Virus record (IMG/VR): IMGVR_UViG_3300035497_000412
Source: a virus
Lineage: Duplodnaviria; Caudoviricetes
Strand: one strand, 5' to 3'
Length of the DNA: 64,000 bases
Shown: piece by piece, positions 15,601 to 28,384 of the stretch
How positions within the stretch are numbered: position 1 is the stretch's first letter
Layout of the letters: each line of letters begins with the position of its first letter
Program-made: the position numbers and the translations under genes
Notes under the pieces: model-generated
Database searches by the model: none
What the model saw: the letters and a program-made list of their open reading frames with translations, nothing else
Told to the model about the DNA's origin: nothing

Positions 15601-18600
15601 ATTAACCAACTAGTCCATGTCTCCAGAATAATCTGGGAACATATCTTTAATAGCCTTAGAAAATTCCTCATCAGTAAGACCGGTTAATTGACTAGCGTTG
15701 CTTGCTACTATGCTAGATATATATTCTTTTGACCATCCAGAAGGAAGAGAATTAGTACCGATAGCAGTAGATAAAGACCTCTAAAGATTAGTAGTATCTG
15801 ATTTTACATCGGCGACATCAGCATTAGCATTTCCCATTAATGAAGCATATTCCGCAACAGAAGCTGCCTTTTCAGCATTTTCTATCGCAGCATCAATATC
15901 AGACTAGTCAATAGTCAATGCTCCATCTTCATTTCTATAAACATATTTAGCTAATTCAGGATACTCCTAAATAAGAGCTAATACCTCACTATTAACATCC
16001 TATAAAGCTTCCTTCCATTCTTGAGTGCCCTTAGTACAAGCATTAAGAGTTTCAACAACAGAAGTATAATCATCAAAAGCACTTGACAAAGATTCTGCCG
16101 CAGATTTAGCATCGTCATAGGCGTCAGATAAGTCACTTGCAGTTTCGGCTGCTTTCTTAGCGGCATCCGCATCAGCGTTACAAGCTTTTGTTAATGCGTA
16201 TATAGCAACAATTAAGCCACCAGCGACCAAAATAGCGACTATTCCCCCCATAGCAGTTTTCCAAGTTATCTGCGCTTTTATGTTCTTCCAAACTGTCGCA
16301 GTATTAACTTTAATGGCCGTAGTCATTCCGGCTTCAGCAAGTTCAGCTTGTTTCTCTGCTGTAATTTGTGCTCCAGTAGCTAATACATCACCAGTTTTGA
16401 CATCAATCAACTCTTTTGTGCTCTAAACCTCTTTGTCTGTCAATAAAAGATCAGCTATTTTAGCAACTAAACCTTCTTCACTAGTAGAAGTTACAAATTT
16501 ATAGACATTTCCCAAGTTTGTAAATCCAGTAGTTAGCATGGGAATAGTCATACCAAGAGACATCATAATCTATGTTGTCTTTTCCCAGGTGCTCAAATCA
16601 TCATTAGTAAATGTGTCTTTAATTGAAGACAAGGCATTTAAACCCATTCCAAAAGAAGAAATACTTTGAACAGCTCCCATGGCAGCTGATCCAATAGACT
16701 AATAAACAAGTGTCTATCCTGATATTTTTGCAGCTGCTTCTTTTGCCTAATCCCCAGCCCTTTCAGAAGCATCTCCTGATAATTCTTGTGCTTGTGCATT
16801 TTGTCGAGCTTTATCAATTAATTCGCCTATTTTTGAACTCGCAATTTCTGTTCCACCAGCAAGCGTCTTAATAGCATTATTCTAAGCCTCTGCTGAAGTT
16901 GGTACCTTCTAAAAGGCTTCTATTAATTTATTCTCCGCTTCAGCCAATTGTTCTGGCGTACTACTACTATCTTGTAAAATAGTCTCATAATTATTTAAAG
17001 CAGTAGTAAAATCATCTGTTGACAATCCTGCTTCATTCATTTCATTGGCTAACTTAGCAATAGCTTTTGCTTGATTCTCAGTAGTTTCAGTTTTATCTCC
17101 AATGGAAGCTTGTAATTTTTTAATAGCCGAACTTGTTTGTACAACTTTTTCTGCCGCATCTGATAACCTTCTCTAGAATTTTCCAAACTCTTCAGTAGGA
17201 CCTTTCGTAGCAACTGCTAAATCTTGCAAAGCATCTTGAAGAATCACTGTCGCCGCTATGATATCCTACTGAGTAGAGTTAGTGTCTCTTAATGTATCTA
17301 AATATAACCTCTATGCTTCTTTGGCTGTATTCACTTTCTCGTTATTTTCTTCTAAAATTCCAGAAGCATCCTGAATTAGTGCATTTGCAGTCTTTATAAC
17401 ATCAGTTTTATCATAACTAATAATCGAGTCGCTCTATTCGGTTAAGTTATGCTAAGCCTACACACCATATTTCTGACTCGCCTACTAAGCAGATGCTACA
17501 TAAGCCTATTCAGTTGATTGTGCCATTTTAGCAGCCTATACTGCGGCTTCAGCATAATTATTTGCAATTTTCATCGCTTCTTCTGCTGCAGCTCGTTGCT
17601 CTTTAGTCATACTTTTTGTAGCAGCATCTAAATGTTTCTATAAAGTATAAACAGATTCAAGCTATTGCCTTAAACCTTTGACTTGAGTTGAATCAGCTAT
17701 ATCCTTAGTCATTACCATAGCTAAAGAATAAGCTTCATCTTTAACTTCTTGTAATTCTCTCTATGTTACACCAGAAAAAGTTCTAAAATTATTTAAAGCA
17801 GAATTAATACCTGCCGCCATTTGGTCTTTAAACACAGAAGTTGCAATAAGACCGGCCGCAGCTAATACTCCCTTTAATCCTCCAAGAGAATTAATTAAAG
17901 AAGAAATTCCATCTAAAACTTTAGATATTGTATCATCTACGCCAATAAAGAAATCTTCATCAATTAAACTAGAATAAATTGCTTCAGCAGAAGCAGTAAC
18001 TCTATCTCTGGCAGCTTCCCAAGATTCAGCATAAATATCAGCTTGCTCTTGTAATGAACCGGTGGAACCTTCTGCAGTTGCTAAATTCGTCTAAAATGTA
18101 TCCCAATTTTCCATAAGGGAAATTAGTTGCGTATACTATCTAACCATTTACCCCTTTTCATTTCTAAAAAGGACAGACTATATCTTCTTCTCAAAAAGAG
18201 AAGTCTCCCATTTCGCTCTGGTTAAAGAGCTACGTCTTTCGACTAGTCGTTGAACCTTCTTCAAAAAATTTTAAAGCTTGGCTGCGGATTGTCCATATAT
18301 CTTTAATCTTTTTACCGTACCTTCTGCATTACCAGTTGCCATTAATCAAGTTATTAATTTGGTAATTAAAGCTTTAGGAGTTCCCCGCAATTAGAGAGAT
18401 TTTAAGCGAGCATTAGTTTCAGTTTACCCGCTACGTTTTCAGCTAAGGCGACTTGCTAGTCTTTTGATAAAGTAGACCATTTTGAACCCATTTCATCTAA
18501 AATGGCATCCATTTTTTTCAATTCGCCATTCTAATCTTTAATATTAATTCCGACTTTTTCAAGAGCCTAAGAGTAAGTACCAAGAGTAGTCCCATCGTCT

Positions 18601-21284
18601 AACGTCTCACCCAACTCTAAGTCTTGAATACGTGCAAATAAAGTTTTAACTTAAACATTCTAATAGGTGCGCAACGCCTACTACGTTCTCTAACGAACTG
18701 CTTATACTTTCGTATAAGAATAGACCATATCTTAACCTATGTGGCATAATTAGGTAAAAATTATTTCTTCCGCCATCAGCTTGCGGTTTTACTCCTCTTT
18801 ACGAGGATGGTCGTTGAACTTAAAAAGGTAATATGTCTAAATTAAGAAATTTTCCTTTACGATAAATTAATTCGTAAAGAGGTATATTATATTTTTTACA
18901 ATATTTTCTTTTTCTTTCATCTCTTTCTTGGATTATCTCCAAAGAATTGTGAAAGATTGCTCTTTGTTCAAAGTGTTGTTCTCCTTGAACTTCAACAAAA
19001 CATATTAAATTATTATTGCTATCATAAACTCCAAAATCAAATCTCTACCGTCCTAACTATTCAACTTTAACCTGTTCTTTAAAAGCAATGTTTCTCTCAG
19101 TCAAATAATTAGCTATATAGGTTTCTCCTTTAGATTTCCATCTATCACATTTTGGACAACCTCTAGAAGCCATTAAACTAATCTAGTCAGTTTTAAAAAT
19201 TAAACCGCATTTTAAACATTTGTATGTATTCTTTTCTAACTGCCCATTGTAAGTCAATAGCTAAATTGTATTATAGAACTCAGCATCAATTCTTTCTTGG
19301 ACTTCAGATAATGATAGCATATTTGCTTGTTTAGAGGTTTCACAATATTTACAAGCAAAAGGACTCTATAGACAAGCCTAAATATTTCTTTTAATATCAT
19401 TTCCACAATTTTTATGATAAATTATAACATTGTCTTTATCAATTTTCTTAATTAGATCAAAATCTTCATTATCTTTATATATTTTTTCTAATTTCTAGTA
19501 TTTAGTAAGCCCTTCTTCTTTACAGCATTTATAATTCTTCAAAAAATTATTTGCTGATTTTTTATAATGTTCTTTCCCACAATAACAACATTTTAAACGT
19601 GCTGGATTTGTAATAGCAGAATATTCTAATATTTCTACCTTTTGTTCTGGAAAAGAATTATAAAATCTTTTTAAAAATTCTTCTTTATCAACTCGTTTAG
19701 ACATTTTTCTTTCTCCTTTATTAAGTGCTGATTGTCCATTCTTGATTAGTTAGGTCTATGCCAAACCATATAATCATCCATTTACTTATTTCTACTTTCG
19801 TTCTTAGTTTAATTATAGAAAGAATTTATATTAAACTAAGCAAAATGGCTTTAGGAGTTTCCAGCTTTTAAATTTTTTTATGCCCTTAACTCAAGGCATT
19901 ACCAACTGTATCTGCGCTCTGCCGTGTTTCTGCGACTACAGTAGCCAAAGCAGAAGTCGCATACTCGTAACTTAAACCTACTGTTTGAGCAACTGCCGCG
20001 TATTTTTCAAGACCTTCTGCAATTTCCGCAGAGCTAGAAGCCGTACTAGCGCCTAATGCTGTAATAACATCAGCATAGTATTCTAGCGATTTAGAACCAT
20101 CCTCGAAGTTGTTCCAAATTGCAGTCATCTGCTCTGAAACGGTTTCAGCACTTTCGCCCGTCACATTAGCTAATTTAATAGTCGTTTCAGTACGCTTAGT
20201 GACGTCTTCTCCTTCCAACTTTACATTCTACTTGGCTCGCTACTTCCAAGCACGTTCTCTTATGAACTGCCATCAGCCTTTCGGCAATGGAATAGACTAT
20301 ATCTTACCTAATTGAGTCTCCCTATAACTCTAGGTATTCCCTTTTCGACTCGCTTGAGCCTACTCCCCTTTGACTGGGGATAGTCGTTGAACCTTCTTCA
20401 TTTTTTTTGAAGCTTGGCTGCGGATTGTCCAATCTTTTACCTTTTTACTCTACCCATGGGAATTAGCCGTGGCCATTAAAGTTTGTCTTTAATTTAGTAG
20501 TAAAAGCTCTAAGGATTTCCCCGCAATTAAAGAATTTTTAGGGCAATAATTCATTTTCCTGACAAAATTACATAAAAAAAATTATAAATACTATCCAAGT
20601 TTTTATAATTCTATCTTCACGAAAAAATATTTATTTTCCCTATTGGAAATAAATTAGGGAAGCATCTGTATAATTTGTGGTAGTTGTACTTAACGCTTTA
20701 GCTGCTTTATTTGCCTATTCTGCAAACTCAGCCATCTAATCCGTATTATATCCAGTAACAATACGAATATTATTTAAGGACTCATTTAAATCCTAAGCAT
20801 ATCCATAAGCAGAAGACAAAGAAGACATAAACCCGTGAATGATAGTAGAAGAAATTTGCCATTTTGCAGTATTCTTCAGAGTAACTGCAAAATCAGATAA
20901 TAATGCACTAGTACGTTTAAGAGGAGCTTCTGCTGTAGCAATAGACTGAGCGACCTTTAAAAATGCCTAATCTCCTTCTACTCCAAGAGCCGATAACTTA
21001 TTGGAATACTCTTGTAAAGAAGTCCCAGACTACTTCAAGGACGCATTAAAAGCTGTTAAATCTAGTTTTCCTGTTGAACTATTAAATGCCTATGATAATG
21101 ACTAACTTAATTGCGCCGCTGCAAGTTGCGCTTCTTGTATTTCCTTGGTTATAGGCAATTGCTAACCAGACACTGTTGACCCAGAACTTAATTTATTTAA
21201 ATCATTTACTAAGGTCTAAATTTGCGTTTTAGCCGCACTAGTGTCTGCAGTAAACGCTAGATTAACATTTAACTGTGTACTCAT
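9664..21284 (-). CDS. tape measure protein, ~3225 aa, 4 exons (21284-20637, 20218-19894, 18649-18426, 18144-9664), code 15
   Basis: Ala-rich helical composition. Spliced junctions restore TMP-like motifs DASLIYFQQG|LEG, TVGNA|FKTLFAR, VAG|VRQY. Exon total 9678 nt is divisible by 3. S/G-rich linker and SH3-like GWV segment near the C-terminus. Confidence 0.9.
18145..18425 (-). ncRNA. group I intron TMP-3 (281 nt, no ORF)
   Basis: Core elements AAUUGCGGGGAA, AAUCCGCAGC, GUUCAACGACUA, AAGAUAUAGUC. P1 GCGGGU/GCUCGC, P10 CUAAU/GUUAG, terminal G 18145. Confidence 0.92.
18650..19893 (-). mobile_element. group I intron TMP-2 (1244 nt) with homing endonuclease ORF
   Basis: P1 AUGCCU/GGGCAU. Covarying P7 GACCA/UGGUC. 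ORF inserted between Q and R (P6). Terminal G 18650. Confidence 0.92.
18820..19704 (-). CDS. intron-encoded Zn-finger + Vsr/DUF559-like PD-(D/E)xK endonuclease, 294 aa (code 15)
   Basis: Several CxxC pairs, then KSKGE..RFDFGVYD..VEVQGEQHF. Multiple internal TAG, TAA at 18820, AAAGGAG RBS. Confidence 0.8.
20219..20636 (-). ncRNA. group I intron TMP-1 (418 nt, long AT-rich P1 loop, atypical 5' splice site)
   Basis: Core P/Q/R/S elements at 20290-20530. IGS GCCCUA pairs with exon UAGGG. 3' end AGAAUGUAAAG matches sister introns. Confidence 0.85.
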
Positions 21285-21324
21285 TTACCTACTCCTTTCT
21301 CTCCTTTTATCAAATAAAATAAAA

Positions 21325-21362
21325 AATCGGGCACAAGAAGAATAATCTCTCGTGCCCGATTA
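21325..21362 (-). terminator. intrinsic terminator
   Basis: ATCGGGCAC..GTGCCCGAT hairpin with T tract on the minus strand. Confidence 0.65.
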
Positions 21363-21395
21363 CTCCTATATTTTTTAAAAATATAGTTCATTTAA

Positions 21396-21920
21396 TTATC
21401 CCAACTTGGTTAAAACATCTTTTAGCAAACTCATATTATCAGGGTCTGCTAACTTTTGCTGGATTGAACCAGCATCTAAATCAAGATTGCTATAATCTCT
21501 AGATATTGAATCTAAAATCCCCAGCGCAGAGTTACGATACTTATAGATTTCTGTAATAGAGTCATGCACCGCCGCAATTAGATCACCATATTCATCTCTA
21601 GGGATCACCGCAATAATCTGATTATAAAGTCCAGTCCCAATTAGCAGATCATATAGCTTACAAGGGTCTTCTAACTGCTTCTCTGTAAAGGAAATATTAG
21701 TATAAAAATCTACTACCTCCAAAGCAGTAAAAATATCAATCTTTACTGGATTTATAAAATTGTTATCATCCTGAGACTTATTTACTACGTTAGAAATCAG
21801 CATAAGCTTATCATTAACGGGAAGGTAACATTTTACTTCGATATTCTAATCATTCCAGGTAATAGTCTCAACTTTTTGGTTCTTTGTTAAACCAAGCTTG
21901 GTAAATGAAACTTTAGACAT
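21396..21920 (-). CDS. 174-aa probable tail assembly chaperone (code 15)
   Basis: MSKVSFTKLGL start, one internal TAG, immediately upstream of TMP. TTGACA..TATAAT promoter at ~21953-21981. Confidence 0.6.
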
Positions 21921-21977
21921 AAGTTTCCTCCTTTTACTCTTTTCTTATGGGTATTATAACATAATTTTTTTAGTTTG

Positions 21978-23045
21978 TCAATTAAAATTTGATTTAGAAA
22001 TACTAATACGCATAAATGCCTATCCAGGACTATTTAACATTTTATCAATAATTTCTGAAAATATTTTTGCAGTACTTTTGACATATATACTTCCGTGAGG
22101 ATCATTATATATTAAATATTTCGCTTCACCATAAGACTATCCATTGTATTTAATACCAGTACCCATTAATTCATATAAATACCGTATATGATAAAAATGA
22201 GAAGCTACTGAAATATCTCCTTTATCAATCATATTTAAACCGGCAAAGAAAGCACTTTGTGCAGTTTTATCATCATATCCTAAATCTAATAAGACACCAA
22301 CAATAGAACGATAAATATTACTACTTCCTAAAGATAATGTTGTATGCCCAGTCTACTGTACGAATTCTTTTAATTCCTAGTCCCATGTCATACTATCATA
22401 GTTTTTAGCTGTAAATGTGGCGTCCTTTAATAAATTATAAATCTAAAGCATTTCTGGAGTTGGATTTGATTTTATATCAATTTCATATCCTTTTACATCG
22501 ATCTTACCATCGATTTCTGGCAAATAATATGCTAACATTTTTTTTCCTTCTAAGGTAGTAATGTATCGCTATGATTTAGTTCCAATTTTTTTTAACATTT
22601 TTTGTATATTTTTATCTGATAATGTTTTCTCAGTAAAATCTATAGAAGTTCCTAACTAACCACCAATATTAACTTGTTTTTCATCAAATTCAAATAATTC
22701 ATCAGCAGACATTGATTCATAAACAGCATGAATTACATCAGTTAATTCTTTTTCAAAAACCGTTCCTCCACGACGCTAAAAAAGGTTATTTATATTATAA
22801 TTAGAATTTCTTGATATTCCATAAGACTAAATATTTTCTAAAATTATGCGTATAGTTTCATTTCCTATAGGATCGTTAGAATTATAAACAGCTGCAACAG
22901 ATTTTAATTCCTAAAAAAAATTCTATAATAATTGTGCATTAACATCATCAATATTAGCTTTAAAAGAATATTTATTGACGATACTCTAATGTACCATATT
23001 CATAAAAGATGTAACTTTCATACGATTATTACCGTTATAATACAT
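21978..23045 (-). CDS. 355-aa AT-rich hypothetical protein (code 15, missed by ORF track)
   Basis: ATG 23045 with AAGGAGG RBS, many in-frame TAG, TGA 21978, length divisible by 3. Confidence 0.6.
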
Positions 23046-23079
23046 TTATTTTCCTCCTTTTTCTCAAACTAAAAAAAAT

Positions 23080-23116
23080 AAAAGGGGAGAGATATTTTCT
23101 ATCTCTCCCCTTTCTT
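23080..23116 (-). terminator. intrinsic terminator after major tail gene
   Basis: AAAGGGGAGAGAT..ATCTCTCCCCTTT hairpin. Confidence 0.75.
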
Positions 23117-23123
23117 AAATTAA

Positions 23124-24439
23124 TTACTCAGCAGGACGCTCAGTGGTCATAGTATCGGGATCAACCACAACACCATAATCATCCACAACATCCATAGACT
23201 TAGTTCTCTGACGCTTCAGCTCACTAGAAGCCTCGCCGCCCACGATCTGCAGGGCCGCAAGAACCTTCTTAGTCTTATTGAAACGAGTATAATCAGGGAA
23301 CGCATCCATAGTAAAGGTAAATGTCAATATCTTCCAGTAAGCTCGCTACTGCTTACTGCGTTCTCTTATGAACTGCTTATAGTTTCCTATAATGTTGAGA
23401 CTATATCTTCATCTTATTTAAATAAATAAGAGATTCCCATTTCCACTCACTTGAGTGTACTTCCTTACGGAATAGTCGTTGAACTTTCTTCTAAAAATAA
23501 GTTTTTAGAAGCTTAGCTGCTGATTGCCCAATCTTTATAATTTTCAAACATTCACGCTTGTCATTACTGACTACGTTGTAGTTTATAAAGCTCTAAGGGT
23601 TTTCCAGCAATTAAGGAATTAAACTTCTCGGCTTGTCATCAAGCCGCCAAGCGCATTTGTCCACTTGGATCTCCACTAGGAGCCATAGTAAATGTGAAGT
23701 TAGACTGAATCTTGCAGTTAGGAATCACAAACTCAGCAGGCCAGTCAACACCGTTAGTATCACGGAATGTAGTAGAAGCTTCCAGATAATAGTTACCACC
23801 GAACTTATCAGCAGTAATATCAATCTGCTGGACGCCAGAAGCCTTCTCAGTATAGTAGTCCACCAGAACCACACAGCCATCATAGAACACACTCAGATCA
23901 TCAGTAGCTTTCAGAGTAATGGTCTTATTCTCAACATCCACAGTCTCAGGAATATAAGGTTCAGAACAAACTTCACCATTCTGCATCATCATCACATAGA
24001 TGTAGTCCTCACCATCAGCATCATAAGGGACATTATCAAGGTCAATAGTCACCTCAGACACCAGATAGTCGTCATCACCATAAGAGCCACTAGAGGTCAC
24101 ATGAACATCAGCAGTCTGCTCAATAGTGTGAACTTTAATAGTATTCTCTTCATCAGGCTCAATCAGACCAGCGCCAGACAGCAGCATGAAACCAGCAGGA
24201 GAAATCAGAGCATCCTCCATGGTAAAGGTGATTGTACGCTCACCGTCCCAAGCGATCAGACGGGGGTTACCATTACCACCCTGGGCATACACTGTAGTAG
24301 CAGCACCTTCTAGACTAGAAGTCTTTAAAGTATCAAAATAAATGACAGGCTCGTTCTTATAAAAAATCTTATTGCCGACTTTTTGCGCTGCCTTAGCTTT
24401 CAGCACGACATCGCATACATTACGAACACCATACTTCAT
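23124..24439 (-). CDS. major tail (tube) protein, 325 aa, 2 exons (24439-23663, 23324-23124)
   Basis: Spliced junction GDPS|TFTFTMDAF is in frame. Beta-rich tube-like sequence, high-expression codon bias, position in tail module. Confidence 0.8.
23325..23662 (-). ncRNA. group I intron in major tail gene (338 nt)
   Basis: P1 CCAAGU/GCUUGG, P10 AAAUG/CAUUU, GUUCAACGACUA and AAGAUAUAGUC core, terminal G 23325. Confidence 0.93.
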
Positions 24440-24467
24440 AGTATATATTTTCCTCCTTATTTGTTAA

Positions 24468-25196
24468 TTAATGAATATTTTTCATCCAATTGTCCGGCTT
24501 ATCGTCAGGTTTACCACCAGCCAAACGAGATCGAATATCAATATCCCAATTAATATATAGCGAGTATCTTTCAACTAAATCATATAATTGGTAAAGAGTT
24601 AGATTTAAACAATCTTCCAGAGACATAGAATTTAATCCAACTGTCAAAGTTGATAGATACTAACTAAGTGAGCTTGCGGCCGAGCTTCCTTTTTCTGCGG
24701 CAACTCTTTGCTAACCCCGCATAATTTTCTAAGCTATTCTAGCAGCTTCCTCATTTGCAGGATTAAAACCTTCCTATCCCATAGGTCCAGAGTTAAAACA
24801 GAATATTTCTTTTAATGCACCCTAAAATATATCAAAATTAGTATCATCCAACATAACTGATTCACTATTCTCTTGGCTTAACATAATAGCCCTTGGCGTA
24901 ACTAACATTTTATATTCAGGACATACTAATTTAAAGACTTCCTCTACCGCATTCTTTTTATCTCTTGTCTCTTTCTATGACATTATCGTCATTAATATCT
25001 AAAAATTGGTTGCTTCTGATAGAACTATTTCGTCCTGAGTAAACATAGTTTTATTAACACATAATGTTTGCGCTCCTACGAAAAAAGTCTATTCTCCAAT
25101 TAAAGCAATTTCTTTTATGCGAGGCTAATGAAGAACTATTTTGCATTCTGGAACTGGAATATTAGTTCCAGCCATTAAGGCTAATCGAATATCCAT
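24468..25196 (-). CDS. 242-aa neck/tail-region protein (code 15, missed by ORF track)
   Basis: MDIRLALMAGTNIP start overlapping the upstream TAA, internal TAGs, TAA 24468. Confidence 0.65.
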
Positions 25197-25786
25197 TATT
25201 TTTTGGAATTAAATAAATCATTAAAATCAGCCAAATATTGTTCTTCATTCTGCGGGTTCGGCTAACCCTTTTTATCCTCCTCGCCATGAACTGCGTTATA
25301 CAACAAACACAAACCAGCAAATTCATCAGTTAAAACCATTTGAGTCATTCCAAGAAATTTTAAAGTTCCGATTCCTGTTAAACGCTTATCGTTAAACATT
25401 GTATCAATTTCAGCGGCAATCTTGTAAGGCCGCAATTCAAAATCTCTCATTGGCCACTAATCAAAATGGCAAATAATGTCAAACTCAACAACGTTATCTC
25501 TAAATTCTGGGTTTTTAGCATTTGGAGTAAAATTATCAAAATTTACAATGATATAATTTAATACATTTTTATCAACAACCAACTTAGGAACATTTTTAAT
25601 GTTTTTATTAATAAGACTCAAACTTTGATCTTCTGTCAAATTTGGCTTATCTAAACAATCCTTAGTTGTATAATAAAGCATCTTTTTTAGCCTGTTATTT
25701 TTAAGCATCTTATCAACAATGATACTCATATCTTTTTCAATTGATAAAAAACTAGATTCAGGCCATTGATATTTTTCAATCTTCAC
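25196..25786 (-). CDS. 196-aa probable tail-terminator/neck protein (code 15)
   Basis: Pieces 25457..25786 and 25262..25450 are in frame across TAG. Function inferred from position. Confidence 0.6.
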
Positions 25787-25805
25787 AGCTAATCTCCTTT
25801 AACTC

Positions 25806-26864
25806 TTAAAACAAAGACTCTACCACTATAACTTTTGTATAAGGCCCGTATGATAACTCAAACTGTCCGCTATAAGAGGAAGTCCAAGTGATCGATATTG
25901 TTTTATCTTTAATTGACTCAATCTTTACAGGATATTTTTTATTATCTATAGTCCAAGTACTCTTAATATTACCCTTATATTCAAATGTATAACTCTTTTT
26001 AGGTTTAATAAAGGTTTCACCCTCTATTTTATTATTCACTTTCTCAGAGTTAGGGGCAATTGGCTTAGTGATCAAATTACCAGCCAATACGCCATCATCT
26101 TCAGTTTCATTTGCATAATATTCTTCCGCATTTACTTCCAAAATACCAGGCATGCTTAAAGAGTCAACGGCCTCAACTCGCCAGCAAATATTTGTATCTC
26201 CGTCTTCAATGCCAGTTAAATAAAATTTACTATATCTTTTAAAAAAAGACAAAGTGTCTTTATTCTTAGGCATTAAAATATTTAAACTGAAATTAGGAGT
26301 ATCAACACTGATAGTATGCTTTTGAATATAATTAATCTAAGTCTCTACTGGACCTCTTAATGCGCAATAAGTGCTATGTAATTCTCCATCATCATCCAAC
26401 CACTAAATCTGATAGGAACAACGACGAATATTACATCTAAAAAAAGCTAATTCTGTTAATTCTTGTAAATAACAGAGCCAATAAGTATTTGTACCAAGCC
26501 ATTCAAAAACTGAACCTGGCTAAAAGTTATATTCATATCCTACAGAAAGAATTTTCTCATCATAATCCTATTTAACCTTATCTGGATTAATTAATGCCTT
26601 AACGGGTTCTTTGTCTTCGGCATCCACGCGCACAATTTCTGCGGCTTGGAAAGAAAACCATACTGCATGATCTAAAGAACGGCGTTTATCTTTTATCATT
26701 CTTTCCTACTATAGATTACCGCCATTTTCTAAAAAATGAATAGACTACTTATTTACACCTTCTAAACTTCCCGTTGGATTAAAAGGCTTTTTCCCATAAA
26801 TTCCTAATCTTCCCTACATAAGTCTATACGGATGTTTACTACTTAAATCATACCCGGACGCCAT
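25806..26864 (-). CDS. 352-aa head-closure/neck protein (code 15)
   Basis: ATG 26864 is in frame with 25806..26273 across TAGs. Function from synteny. Confidence 0.6.
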
Positions 26865-27162
26865 GAGAAATCTCCTAAAGCAAACTAATAGATTCAAAAA
26901 CTGTTTTCCTGTATAGTTCAAAACTTATGTCAGGTTTTATTTGTAAGCCTTCAAGCTTACTAAGCATCTATAAAAATTGCGGAGTATCAATAAAAATTTC
27001 ATTCAACCCCGCAATTTCAATAATAACTGTATTTAATTGTCGAACCCAATCTTCTTGATGTTCACGCATTGGAATTAATTTCCAAAGTTGGTTTGTTAAG
27101 CGCTTCACATCTTTATCTAAAATTTCTATCGGAATATCAAAATTATATTTAGTCAATAGCAC
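26848..27162 (-). CDS. 104-aa hypothetical neck-region protein (code 15)
   Basis: ORF 26968..27162 continues through TAG to TGA 26848. Confidence 0.6.
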
Positions 27163-27730
27163 TAGACTCTCTTAAAATTGACCAATTGGAAGAATACATT
27201 CCATCTGTCAATTTTCTCCTTTTATAAAGTCTTTGCATATGAAACTAATCTCTGCGGGACTCCTCTAAAAGAGTCAAAAGTTTAGACAAATGATTTGCTT
27301 GGCTAGTCATTTTAAAATCCGCATTAGTATATTTCATTCTTGTATTCTCGATAGAAGTAACTTGACGCTGAACCCAACTCTATTTCATAATACACGCCAA
27401 GATATTAATTTCTTCTGCGGTTAGCTCTGCCGCAAAATAAGATCGGTCAACTGTAACTTTAGGAATCTATGTTGCGTCTTCTGGATCGATTAAATCTCCC
27501 CAAATTGTACCTAAGATAAAATCATCAGGTAACACATCTGTTTCATCGATTTCTTCAACCTAAACAGTATAATCATAAAGATTTTGCCTAGGAAATTCGA
27601 ACCCTGGAATCGCATCAATTAATAAGTTCTATAAATCTTTAATGGTATCTTCTGGAGTTAACTCCATATACATATCATCGGTAATTTTCTCAAGAAAGCG
27701 ATTATATACAGTAGCAAATAACGTCTACAT
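27149..27730 (-). CDS. 193-aa probable head-tail adaptor (code 15; second codon is TAG)
   Basis: ATG TAG ACG TTA TTT = MQTLFATVYNRFLEKITDD, TAA 27149, follows capsid genes. Confidence 0.65.
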
Positions 27731-27754
27731 CTGTTCTCGCCCCCATTTCAAAAA

Positions 27755-28291
27755 TTATTCAGTAGCAGAATTTACCACTTTATAATTAGTAGTTGTTCTA
27801 CGAGCCGTAGTAGTAGTAGTAGTTGTAGAAGCATCCTCATCATTCTTATCAAGAGCCGCATTAGCAATAGCTGTGCTAACATCAAAGCCAGTCTTTTCCT
27901 TTAAAGCATCTCTTTTAGTGATGTCATTCAAAGGAAGAGAAATCGCATACTTCTTAATTAAATCAATCACACCAACAGGCGCAAAATCTAAGCAGTCCAG
28001 AAAAGCTTCAAGAGAACCGCTAGTCAGCAGCTCAACGATCTGCTCCTCAGACATATAATATTCATTTTCAGTATGAACGTTCAGATTGTTTGTAACAGTC
28101 TCATTCATAATCTGAAGGAAATTAGCCATTAAAGAACGTCCGCCAGCTTGATAAGAAAGCTTTTCCAGCTCGTCATAAGAAATCTTCTTAGACTCACCGG
28201 GCGCAAACTCTCTACGGATACCCAGCTCAGGAATCCGATAAACCACCATGCTAGCGCTTCTATTCTTCACATTATAAGTCTTATTATCCAT
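27755..28291 (-). CDS. 178-aa capsid-associated hypothetical protein
   Basis: Open ORF, AAAGGAG RBS, Thr-rich C-terminus. Confidence 0.7.
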   Translation of the reverse strand: MDNKTYNVKNRSASMVVYRIPELGIRREFAPGESKKISYDELEKLSYQAGGRSLMANFLQIMNETVTNNLNVHTENEYYMSEEQIVELLTSGSLEAFLDCLDFAPVGVIDLIKKYAISLPLNDITKRDALKEKTGFDVSTAIANAALDKNDEDASTTTTTTTARRTTTNYKVVNSATE

Positions 28292-28324
28292 TTAAAAAAT
28301 CTCCTTTATCTCTTAAAAAAAATA

Positions 28325-28358
28325 ACGGGGAGAAGAGAAGCTATTTCTCTTCTCCCCT
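28325..28358 (-). terminator. intrinsic terminator after capsid gene
   Basis: GGGGAGAAGAGAA..TTCTCTTCTCCCC hairpin. Confidence 0.75.
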
Positions 28359-28384
28359 AACAAAAGCCTTATTTAAAAATAAGA

